Positions 9,737 through 17,478 of a DNA stretch of 21,290 nucleotides are shown piece by piece. Below the pieces are notes generated by a model that saw only the letters and a program-made list of their open reading frames with translations, did no database searches and had not been told where the DNA came from. The stretch's first letter is position 1, and every line of letters begins with the position of its first letter. A program made the translations under genes and the position numbers. The stretch covers positions 248,001-269,290 of the forward strand of contig JABWCP010000004.1 in NCBI GenBank assembly GCA_013360215.1, written 5' to 3'. The DNA comes from a bacterium (GTDB lineage: Bacteria; CLD3; SB21).

Positions 9737-9949
9737 TTATTTATTTAATTTATTCAAAATAAAAATCCAGATTTGCGGGATATACGCGCCGATGATGATC
9801 AGCAGTAAGCCGATCATCGTCCATTTATTGACGATCGTACTGGAAACAAATTTATCCAATCCGACATTAACGATACTGATCCACCAGCCGATGACCATGC
9901 ATGTTATCCCAACCGCTTGCGGGATGAGACGGCGAATAAATTTATCCAT
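9737..9949 (-). CDS. Small membrane protein (2 TM), unknown function
   Basis: 70 aa with two hydrophobic helices. Its start overlaps the upstream ORF stop (ATGGATAA), a GCAGG SD-like motif precedes it, and a terminator follows. Confidence 0.7.
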   Translation of the reverse strand: MDKFIRRLIPQAVGITCMVIGWWISIVNVGLDKFVSSTIVNKWTMIGLLLIIIGAYIPQIWIFILNKLNK

Positions 9950-10133
9950 GTACGGCCTGCTTTAAATTAGAAAAAACGATGTTATCCTTCGTGTCGTTGT
10001 TTGTTGTCTGGCAGGACTCGCCTTCACAGCAGCGGATTTGAACATTGTGACAGCGGCGGCACCGGTAATGTCCATGCACAAACACAAAACCTTCCGCACT
10101 GCCGCAGAAAAAACACTGTGATGAAGAAACCAT
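9942..10133 (-). CDS. Small Cys-rich putative zinc-ribbon protein
   Basis: 63 aa: CxxC-x9-HGH-x2-CxxC-x6-CC-x4-C. It lies just downstream of a promoter-like motif and overlaps the next ORF by 8 nt; no clear SD. Confidence 0.65.
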   Translation of the reverse strand: MVSSSQCFFCGSAEGFVFVHGHYRCRRCHNVQIRCCEGESCQTTNNDTKDNIVFSNLKQAVHG

Positions 10134-10171
10134 AGATATAATAAAATGAAATGGCGAGTACCGTATGAAGT

Positions 10172-10200
10172 AAATTAAACGGGCGATGGATATATTGCAA
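10172..10200 (-). promoter_or_regulatory. Putative sigma70-type promoter for the two micro-genes
   Basis: Minus strand TTGCAA-17 nt-TAATTT, with an A/T tract upstream and the ATG 39 nt downstream. Confidence 0.45.
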
Positions 10201-10211
10201 GGATAAAAAAG

Positions 10212-10252
10212 TAAAATAAAAACGGTTACACCGGGTGGACGTGTAACCGTTT
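10212..10252 (-). terminator. Intrinsic terminator of the RND efflux operon
   Basis: 12-bp perfect stem AAACGGTTACAC / GTGTAACCGTTT (10220-10252) running into TTTTTATTTT on the minus strand, about 45 nt after the RND stop. Confidence 0.8.
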
Positions 10253-10297
10253 GTAAACAAACATGAATTTGTAATTCAAAAAAACTACCGCATGATC

Positions 10298-13200
10298 TTA
10301 CGCTTCTGATTTTACCGTTTCGGCTTTTCCATAATGACCGTTGGAGCCGGTAGCCAGTATGACGGGTTCGCTATGTTTACCCGTAACGCGTTTGAAAAAC
10401 TGAGGAACTCTGTTTTTCCAATCATCAAACTTCAGATACACGATCGGTACAAAAATCAACGTGAGGAACATCGAACTCGTCAAACCGCCGATCAAAGCCC
10501 AGGCGAGACCTGTTTTCCATTCCGCACCGGCGCCGCTGGCTAAAGCAATAGGCAACATACCGATCACCATCGCCATCGTGGTCATCAGAATGGGGCGGAG
10601 TCGTGCGCTGCCGGCTTCCATCAAAGCATCATAGGTTTGCATCCCTTGCGCTTTCATGTCATTGGTACGATCGACAAGCAAGATGGCGTTTTTCGCAACC
10701 AGACCGATCATCATGATCATACCGAGTAATGAAAAGATTGAGAGTGACTTGATGGCTAAGGCAAGCGCAAGCAACGCGCCCACGCCGGCCACGGGGATTG
10801 AAAATAAAACCACAAACGGATACAGGTATGAATCGTACAGCGCCACCATGATAAGATAAACGAAAAGTACGCCGGCAAGAAAAGCCAATCCCATACTGCC
10901 GAAACCTTCCGATCGGTTTTCTTCATCGCCGAGATAAGTGAATGTAACATCCTTACCGAGTTTATCTTTTTCCAAAGCGATGGCTTTTTGGAAATCCTGC
11001 ACCACATTACCGCTCGGACGTCCGAGCACCTGTCCCATCACGGTTATAGAACCGATACGATCCTGACGTTGCAATTTGGAAGGGCCGGCCGTTTGATAAA
11101 TCGATGCAAATTGTTGGAGTTCGATTTGTTCGTTACGGCTATTGATAAAACTCAGATGGCGCACGTCGTTGAGGTTAGAACGATCAAATTCGTCGAGGCG
11201 AATGCGTATCGTATATTCGTTGGCGCCGTCGCGAAATTTGGAATCTTCATCGCCGGTCAACGCAATGCGTAGCGTTTGCCCGATATCGGCGATGGTCAGA
11301 CCGAAAGCCGCCATTTTTTGACGATCCACTTCGATGCGCGTTTCGGGTTTGCCGTCTTCGGCTGAAAGTTTGACGTCGGTTGCGCCGGGTACCGCGGCCA
11401 AAATTTGCATCGCCCGGTCCGCGGCGTGTTTCATGTCGGCTTCATTGGTTGCGCTGACCACGATTTGTATCGGAGTTTGATTGGCCGTGCCAAAAATACC
11501 GATCGGATTTACGCGCACTTTAACTCCCGGAATTTCGGCGATGCGCGCTTTGATCAGTTCTCCGACTTCATCCGTTGATTTGGTACGCTCGGATTTGTCC
11601 ACCAGCGTAACATTCAATTCGGAAATATTATTCGACGACATCGTAAGAAATCCGTCGCTGGATGCGCCGACATTGGTAAATACTTTACTCACTTCAGGCA
11701 TCGCGGTAATGATCTTTTCGGCCTGTTGTGTCGCATGATTGGTTGACTCGATGGTCGCACCCGAAGGAAGTTCGAGGAAAACGGCGAATTCACCGCGATC
11801 GCCCTGGGTAACGAATTCATTACCGATAAATCCAAAGGGAACCAACGCACAGCTCGAGAAAAACAAAAGCACCGTTGCGGTGACTACGGTTTTGCGATGG
11901 GATAAAGCCCAACGCAACAAACGCAGATAATGATTTTTAAATGCTTCATAGAGGGCTTCAAACCATAATGCAAAACGACCTAAAAAAGTGCCGTTCGTCA
12001 TTCTCTCCAGTTTGGAAAAACGCGAAGCGAGAAGCGGAGTCACTGTAAATGAAACAAACAAACTCATCATCGTGGAAACCGTAACTACGATGGCAAACTG
12101 GCGCATGATGTTTCCGATAAGGCCAGTGGTCATGGCCAGCGGCACAAATACGACCACATCCACGAGCGTGATGGATAACGCCGCGAAACCGATTTCGTTA
12201 CGTCCGGTGATCGCTGCATCGCGCGGTTTTAAGCCTTTTTCCAAATAATGATAAATATTTTCAAGCACGACGATCGAGTCGTCCACCAGAATACCTACGA
12301 CTAACGACAACGCGAGCAAGGTCATCAGGTTGAGAGTAAATCCCAGCAGGTACATGGCAAAAAATGTGGAAACAAGTGACGCCGGGATCGCGATCATCAC
12401 GATGATCGAATTTCGAACGCTGTGCAAAAACAAAAACATGGTCAACGCAACCAGTACGATGGCCAGCATCAAATCAAATTTGACCGCATTTGCCGCATCC
12501 ACGGTAAACTGGGAACCGTCTTGAGCGATCGTAATTTTTAATTTTATGTTTTCATAATCCTTTTCCATGCTTACGAGTTCCGCACGAACAAGTTCGCTTA
12601 CGCGCACGGCATTGGCATCGGATTGTTTTTGAACCAAAATACCGATGGATTCGTTTCCGTTAATTCGGCTCAAGGTTGACATGTCTTTTTGACCATCATG
12701 CACTTCAGCGACATCGGATAACTTGATATCTCCGCCTTGTTTGGAGCGTCCGACGACAAGTAAGCTCAACGCTTCGACAGATTCAAATTTTCCCGCAACG
12801 CGAACGACAAACTGGGTGCCTTCTTGTTTGATATTGCCGGTCGGAAAATCAAGGTTAGAGGCTTTGATCGTTTGGGCTACGCGTGCCAGTGATAGGCCGT
12901 AAGATTTGATTTTTTGCGCATCCAGATTGATTTTGATTTCGCGCTCGTTACCGCCGACCAAAGTGACCTGTGCGACACCGGATTGCTTGGCGATGCGCGG
13001 TACGACGCGGTCTTTGAGAAATTGATAAAATTCACGCGGACCCATCGAACTGGTCGCACCCATACGCAATACCGGGAATTCGTCCAATGCAAATTTGGTA
13101 ATGACCGGTGTTTTGACATCGCGGGGCATGGTCGCAAGGATACCGTTGACTTTGCGTTGCGCTTCCTGCAATGCAAGATCAATATTGGCAGATTGAGTCA

Positions 13201-13483
13201 AACGAACAAATACCAGCGAAAAACCTTCCTGGGAAGTCGAATTGATACGGGAGACATTATCCAAACCGGAGACGGCTTCTTCGATCGGTTTACTGACGGA
13301 GTTTTCCACTTCGGATGGAGAAGCGCCGGGATAAATCGTACTGATGGTGACTACCGGTGGTGCAAATTTTGGCAACAGTTCATAACTGAGCTGATTGTAT
13401 CCGAAAATACCAAGCACCGTAAGCGCACCGAAGATCACGACGATCAGGGACGGACGCTTTATGGCTAATTCTGTTATACTCAT
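10298..13483 (-). CDS. RND efflux transporter permease (AcrB/AcrD/AcrF family)
   Basis: 1061 aa; YPGASPSEVE; TM4 GILVDDSIVVLENI; TM10 GLVAKNAILLVD; RLRPILMTT; two large periplasmic loops. Confidence 0.96.
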   Translation of the reverse strand: MSITELAIKRPSLIVVIFGALTVLGIFGYNQLSYELLPKFAPPVVTISTIYPGASPSEVENSVSKPIEEAVSGLDNVSRINSTSQEGFSLVFVRLTQSANIDLALQEAQRKVNGILATMPRDVKTPVITKFALDEFPVLRMGATSSMGPREFYQFLKDRVVPRIAKQSGVAQVTLVGGNEREIKINLDAQKIKSYGLSLARVAQTIKASNLDFPTGNIKQEGTQFVVRVAGKFESVEALSLLVVGRSKQGGDIKLSDVAEVHDGQKDMSTLSRINGNESIGILVQKQSDANAVRVSELVRAELVSMEKDYENIKLKITIAQDGSQFTVDAANAVKFDLMLAIVLVALTMFLFLHSVRNSIIVMIAIPASLVSTFFAMYLLGFTLNLMTLLALSLVVGILVDDSIVVLENIYHYLEKGLKPRDAAITGRNEIGFAALSITLVDVVVFVPLAMTTGLIGNIMRQFAIVVTVSTMMSLFVSFTVTPLLASRFSKLERMTNGTFLGRFALWFEALYEAFKNHYLRLLRWALSHRKTVVTATVLLFFSSCALVPFGFIGNEFVTQGDRGEFAVFLELPSGATIESTNHATQQAEKIITAMPEVSKVFTNVGASSDGFLTMSSNNISELNVTLVDKSERTKSTDEVGELIKARIAEIPGVKVRVNPIGIFGTANQTPIQIVVSATNEADMKHAADRAMQILAAVPGATDVKLSAEDGKPETRIEVDRQKMAAFGLTIADIGQTLRIALTGDEDSKFRDGANEYTIRIRLDEFDRSNLNDVRHLSFINSRNEQIELQQFASIYQTAGPSKLQRQDRIGSITVMGQVLGRPSGNVVQDFQKAIALEKDKLGKDVTFTYLGDEENRSEGFGSMGLAFLAGVLFVYLIMVALYDSYLYPFVVLFSIPVAGVGALLALALAIKSLSIFSLLGMIMMIGLVAKNAILLVDRTNDMKAQGMQTYDALMEAGSARLRPILMTTMAMVIGMLPIALASGAGAEWKTGLAWALIGGLTSSMFLTLIFVPIVYLKFDDWKNRVPQFFKRVTGKHSEPVILATGSNGHYGKAETVKSEA

Positions 13484-13528
13484 TTTTTATTTTTCCTGCT
13501 TCGTTGGATAGCGTTACACACTAAAATG

Positions 13529-14581
13529 TTACTGGGCGACACGGATAGTGGATTGATCCTGGAGGTTGTTTTGTCCTTTGATCACCACGTTTTCGCCTTC
13601 TTTGAGACCGCTCAATACTTCGATTTTGTGACTGGATGCAACGCCTACCACAATATTACGCAGTACGGCTTTATCCCCTTCGACTACGAATACTTGCGGT
13701 TTTTTTAAGCTGCCGACCAAAGCTTCGCGTGCGATGACTACGGATGTACGTTCTACAAATGTTTTAAAGTCAACGCGGGCAAACATTCCGGCTTTGAGCG
13801 GATTTTTGGAATTATTGTTGAGGCTCAGTTCGACCGGATAGGTGTGCGCTTCATCCGCTTTGGCGCTGATGTTTTCTACACGGGCTTCAAATTCCATCCC
13901 GGGATAAACATCGGTGGAGACCACAGCTTTATCGCCGTTTTTGATTTTAAATACGTCGTGCTCGGCCAATTGGATTTTTACTTTCAGTTTCGAAACATCC
14001 ACGACATTGGCAATCACGGTGCCGGGAACGACCATCGTTCCGAAATCAACCGAACGGGACGAAACGATGCCGCCGATCGGAGTCGTGATACGCGTATCAT
14101 TGTACTGACGGCGTGCCACGATGTATTGCGCTTCGGCCGATTGGAAAGCCAGGCGCGAAGATTCGATCTGACTGGTCGAGATCGCGTTGTTTTTAAAAAG
14201 TTCTTCGTTGCGCTCGAGGTCTTTTTTTGTTTTTTGATAGTTTGCTTCGGCAAGCAGGTAATTGGCTTTTTTTAGTTCGTCATCCACCTGTGCGATGACC
14301 GATCCGGCGCCTAATTGATCGCCGACTTTGGCATTGACGCTCACCACACGACCTTGTGTTTCCGATACGATGGCCACGTCATTATTGGCCGTGATCGTAC
14401 CGACGACGGATATCGCTTGATCGATTTTTTCCATGACCGCCGGTGCGACGGATACGGAAACCGATGTGATCGCGATCGAAGCATTCATTTTGGAAGCGCT
14501 GCGCACTTTGTTATTCCACAAACCGAGCGCAATAAAAGCTATGACCGCAAAAATCCCGAGTGTTATTTTTAGTTTACGCAT
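13529..14581 (-). CDS. RND periplasmic adaptor (membrane fusion protein)
   Basis: N-terminal anchor; lipoyl half-motifs (GRVVSVNAKVGD, ITTPIGGIV); alpha hairpin; LKAGMFARV; GLKEGENVV. The ATG at 14581 has a GGAG SD; the ORF track starts at 14596. Confidence 0.93.
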   Translation of the reverse strand: MRKLKITLGIFAVIAFIALGLWNNKVRSASKMNASIAITSVSVSVAPAVMEKIDQAISVVGTITANNDVAIVSETQGRVVSVNAKVGDQLGAGSVIAQVDDELKKANYLLAEANYQKTKKDLERNEELFKNNAISTSQIESSRLAFQSAEAQYIVARRQYNDTRITTPIGGIVSSRSVDFGTMVVPGTVIANVVDVSKLKVKIQLAEHDVFKIKNGDKAVVSTDVYPGMEFEARVENISAKADEAHTYPVELSLNNNSKNPLKAGMFARVDFKTFVERTSVVIAREALVGSLKKPQVFVVEGDKAVLRNIVVGVASSHKIEVLSGLKEGENVVIKGQNNLQDQSTIRVAQ

Positions 14582-14618
14582 GATATAAAACTCCATTTTA
14601 TAGTTTTTTATTTAAAAA

Positions 14619-15980
14619 TTATTCGTTTTGTCCGATGGCTTTTTGAAGACGCGCTTGAGCCAATTCAAAATCCACGATCGCATTGGTATAAGCCGTTTTG
14701 GCTTGAAGCACGGAAACTTCGGCATCTAATAAATCGGTGGTCAGAGCGACGCCTTTTTTAAATTTTTCGGAAGTAATACGATAGCTTTCTTCCGACTGCT
14801 CTACCGTCTGACGGGTAACGGAAATTTTTTCTTTGGCTTGTTGCATCGCCAGATAGCTTTGGGTCACTTCCAGGCTGATACCGTCTTTGATAAGGCCGAG
14901 CGCATCTTTGGTTTGTTCAACGACCGCTTTGGCTTGCTGCACCTGATGTGCCGTCGCATTCCAGTTCCACAAATCAAAAGTGGCATTCAGACCCACATCC
15001 CAGGTGTACTTAAAAGCATCTTCAGAGGGAAAAATACGTTGATTGGGTCGGTTATAATACACGTTGCCTTGCAGCGATACCTGCGGCATGTAGCTACCTT
15101 TGGCTGCACGGACGGACGCTTCACCGGCTTGAATACGCAATTCCATAGCTTTTACATCTTCACGGTTGGTCCAACCTTTATAGAGCAGGGAATCATAGTT
15201 TGAAAAAGTACGATCCGTGTTTTGTATTTTGGAAACGATTTGGATCTCTGTGTCGAGCGATTGGCCGATCAGATTATTGAGATGTACCATTGCCAGTTTG
15301 ACTGCATTTTTGGCGTCAATCTGTAAAAGCTGAACATTGGAAAGCTGTACCTGCACTTTGAGCACATCGTTATTGGTGATCATACCTTGCGCATAAAGAT
15401 TTTGGGCATCTTTAAGATGGGCTTTGACCTGTTCGAGGTTTTCATCCACGACTTTGTTGTATTCGATCGCTTTAAACAGATTCCAATACGCCGTGCGCGT
15501 ATTAAATACGATATCTTTTTTCTCTTTGCTAAAATCCAAAACCGCTGCTTCTTCGGAGAGGCGTGCAGCCTTTTCATTGGATTCGAGTTTCATACCCGTG
15601 AATACATTGTATTGTATTGTACCTTTGAGGAGGTAGCTGTTAAGAATAGCCGGCGCTACTTTGGAAACGATATCTCTGGACGGAATACCGGGGCCAAAAG
15701 CATTAGCCGGAATTGAAAATTCGCCGTCCGGTACTTCACTCAAACGCGTATATCCGGCCGTCAGTTTGGCAGACGGTAAGCGGTAGGTACGCATTTCTTT
15801 CGCGCGGGCCGAAGCGCCTTGCGCTTTCATCTCGACGATGCGCAGTTGTTTGCTGGTTTCAACCGCCATTTTTACGGCCTCTTCTTCGGTCAGGGCGCGT
15901 TGCGATTGGGCAAAAATAATTTTTAGGCTAAAAAGAAAACTCAAAATGAGCACGATCTTGAATATCCGGTTGCTTTTCAT
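14619..15980 (-). CDS. TolC family outer-membrane efflux protein
   Basis: Signal peptide; two OEP-like repeats (RLPSAKL, YMPQVSL, G....DLLDAE); operon context; AGGAG SD. Confidence 0.92.
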   Translation of the reverse strand: MKSNRIFKIVLILSFLFSLKIIFAQSQRALTEEEAVKMAVETSKQLRIVEMKAQGASARAKEMRTYRLPSAKLTAGYTRLSEVPDGEFSIPANAFGPGIPSRDIVSKVAPAILNSYLLKGTIQYNVFTGMKLESNEKAARLSEEAAVLDFSKEKKDIVFNTRTAYWNLFKAIEYNKVVDENLEQVKAHLKDAQNLYAQGMITNNDVLKVQVQLSNVQLLQIDAKNAVKLAMVHLNNLIGQSLDTEIQIVSKIQNTDRTFSNYDSLLYKGWTNREDVKAMELRIQAGEASVRAAKGSYMPQVSLQGNVYYNRPNQRIFPSEDAFKYTWDVGLNATFDLWNWNATAHQVQQAKAVVEQTKDALGLIKDGISLEVTQSYLAMQQAKEKISVTRQTVEQSEESYRITSEKFKKGVALTTDLLDAEVSVLQAKTAYTNAIVDFELAQARLQKAIGQNE

Positions 15981-15983
15981 ATA

Positions 15984-16631
15984 TCAAACTCCTTGTGGCG
16001 TAATCGTGGGTAAAGCGACGGTGGCGCTGACGGAAAATGTTTTACGGGCGTCGGCGGTAAGGATGCCTTCGAAAAATACTTTCCATATACTTTCAAAAAT
16101 CTGCGGTGCCGACTGAGACAACTGCATGATAACTTGCGGATTCATCATGTTTTCGATAATGCCGAGGTACATCATGATGATCAGTTTTTCATCGATATCG
16201 TTGCGTATGGAACCTTTACTGATGCCTTCACGCAAAACGAGACCAAACTGTGCCGCGATCCGCGTGTGGCGCCATTCGTGTATCTGTTGCCACATGTCGG
16301 GCAAGTGTTTGCGCAGATCGGCTACGAGTTCACGGCTAAGGTTACCGTTGACACGCAAAAAATACGTCGGCATTTGTCTCAACTTATCTTCAAAACGCAT
16401 CGTTTGATCGCCGATGATACGATCACAAAACGTATCGCATTCGTGCATGGCCGACTGTATAATGCCCTGTATCAACTCTTGTTTACTTGGGAAATACTGG
16501 TACAAGGTTTTTTTGCTCATGCCGAGGTTTTCAGCGATTTCGTCCATAGTGACTTTGCTGTAACCAAATTTGACAAAAAGCTCCAAAGCGGCTTTTACAA
16601 TGCGGGTTCTGATTTCAAAATCTTCGGGCAC
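15984..16631 (-). CDS. TetR/AcrR family transcriptional regulator
   Basis: RIVKAALELF...GYSKVTMDEIAENLGMSKKTLYQYFPSKQEL HTH. The start is reassigned to GTG at 16631 because AAGGAG lies 7 nt upstream; the ORF track gives TTG at 16670. Confidence 0.93.
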   Translation of the reverse strand: MPEDFEIRTRIVKAALELFVKFGYSKVTMDEIAENLGMSKKTLYQYFPSKQELIQGIIQSAMHECDTFCDRIIGDQTMRFEDKLRQMPTYFLRVNGNLSRELVADLRKHLPDMWQQIHEWRHTRIAAQFGLVLREGISKGSIRNDIDEKLIIMMYLGIIENMMNPQVIMQLSQSAPQIFESIWKVFFEGILTADARKTFSVSATVALPTITPQGV

Positions 16632-16675
16632 TTTTGGACTCCTTAAAATAAATTTTAATGACCCATTCAAACGTT

Positions 16676-16705
16676 TGGAAACTTAAAAAGTTTCATTAGT
16701 TTCCA
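16676..16705. promoter_or_regulatory. Putative TetR operator 1
   Basis: TGGAAACT-N14-AGTTTCCA perfect 8-bp inverted repeat, with an internal extra AGTTTC, in the predicted leader of tetR. Confidence 0.6.
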
Positions 16706-16765
16706 TTTTTTCAAAAAAATTAGCCGATGTTTAATCTAGCTAAATCAATTACTTAATCATTTTCG

Positions 16766-16795
16766 AGAAAACTATATTTGTTTTCTTGGTTTCCA
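16766..16795. promoter_or_regulatory. Putative TetR operator 2
   Basis: AGAAAACTATATTTGTTTTCTTGGTTTCCA aligns without gaps to operator 1 and abuts the -10 element. Confidence 0.55.
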
Positions 16796-16822
16796 ATATA
16801 CAAAAAAAGTGACTTTTGTCAA
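16795..16822 (-). promoter_or_regulatory. Sigma70-type promoter of the tetR-tolC-MFP-RND operon
   Basis: Minus strand TTGACA-16 nt-TATATT. Confidence 0.65.
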
Positions 16823-16840
16823 GTAATTCTTTCATTTTTG

Positions 16841-16869
16841 TTGAACTTGGGTATCCTACGTGATACTTT
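16841..16869 (+). promoter_or_regulatory. Putative divergent promoter for the VOC gene
   Basis: TTGAAC-17 nt-TACTTT with TGn; AGGAGG SD at 16901-16906. Confidence 0.45.
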
Positions 16870-16911
16870 CGAAGTACCTTTATAGCCCACCCCATATACA
16901 AGGAGGTTTTT

Positions 16912-17325
16912 ATGAAACGCGTTACCGGTTTAGGCGGAGTTTTTTTTCGTTGTGAAGATCCGGGTTCGACCATGGCATGGTATCAAAAGCATCTCGGGGT
17001 TCAACCCGACGGATACGGCGGTAGTTTTTTTGAGTGGCTGGAAAAAGATAATACGGAGGAGATCGGCATCACGGCGTTTAGCACGATGAGTAAAAAAACA
17101 AAATATTTTCATCCGAGCCGCGCTCAGTTTATGATCAATTTTCGCGTGAAGAATCTCAAGAAACTGATGGAAGTATTACGGGCGGAAGGAGTTCAGCAAA
17201 TCGGTAAGATCGAAACTTTTGAATACGGTTCTTTTGGTTGGATACTCGACCCCAATGGCGTAAAAATCGAATTGTGGGAACCGGTCAAAGGGTATCGCTT
17301 TAAACGCAAACGATCAAAAAAATAA
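16912..17325 (+). CDS. VOC (glyoxalase/bleomycin resistance) family protein
   Basis: MKRVTGLGGVFF...DP....WY..HLG, FMINFRV..L, YG.FGWILDPNG.KIELWEP; strong SD. Confidence 0.9.
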   Translation: MKRVTGLGGVFFRCEDPGSTMAWYQKHLGVQPDGYGGSFFEWLEKDNTEEIGITAFSTMSKKTKYFHPSRAQFMINFRVKNLKKLMEVLRAEGVQQIGKIETFEYGSFGWILDPNGVKIELWEPVKGYRFKRKRSKK

Positions 17326-17359
17326 AATGTGGTATTATGGTGTAGTTTGTTAATACTAT

Positions 17360-17478
17360 TGCGTGATAAATATTTGCGGAGTAAGTAACGTTTGCGTCAC
17401 AACAGAAAAAACTTGAAGTCGGAAAAATGCCTGTAAATTCCGCAGACTTTCACACGTCAGTTGCACGTTGTGTTAGCC
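17360..17478 (-). other. Degenerate or truncated attC-like stem-loop at the 3' end of the Fic gene
   Basis: The Fic stop lies inside GGCTAAC, followed by ACAACGTGCAACTGAC and an imperfect inverted repeat (CGTGTGAAAGTCTGCGGA ... TCCGCAAATATTTATCACG). No closing GTTRRRY was found. Confidence 0.4.

Noticed and set aside
343..16646. Numerous antisense and alternate-frame ORFs overlapping the kinase, accC, rho, RND, MFP, TolC and TetR genes (e.g. 4443-4997, 7166-7855, 12914-13468, 16134-16646)
   Set aside because: They are shadow ORFs of well-supported genes, with no independent motifs or translation signals.
16749..16973. 74-aa minus-strand ORF in the tetR-VOC intergenic region
   Set aside because: It overlaps the VOC start and both promoter candidates and has no protein-like features.
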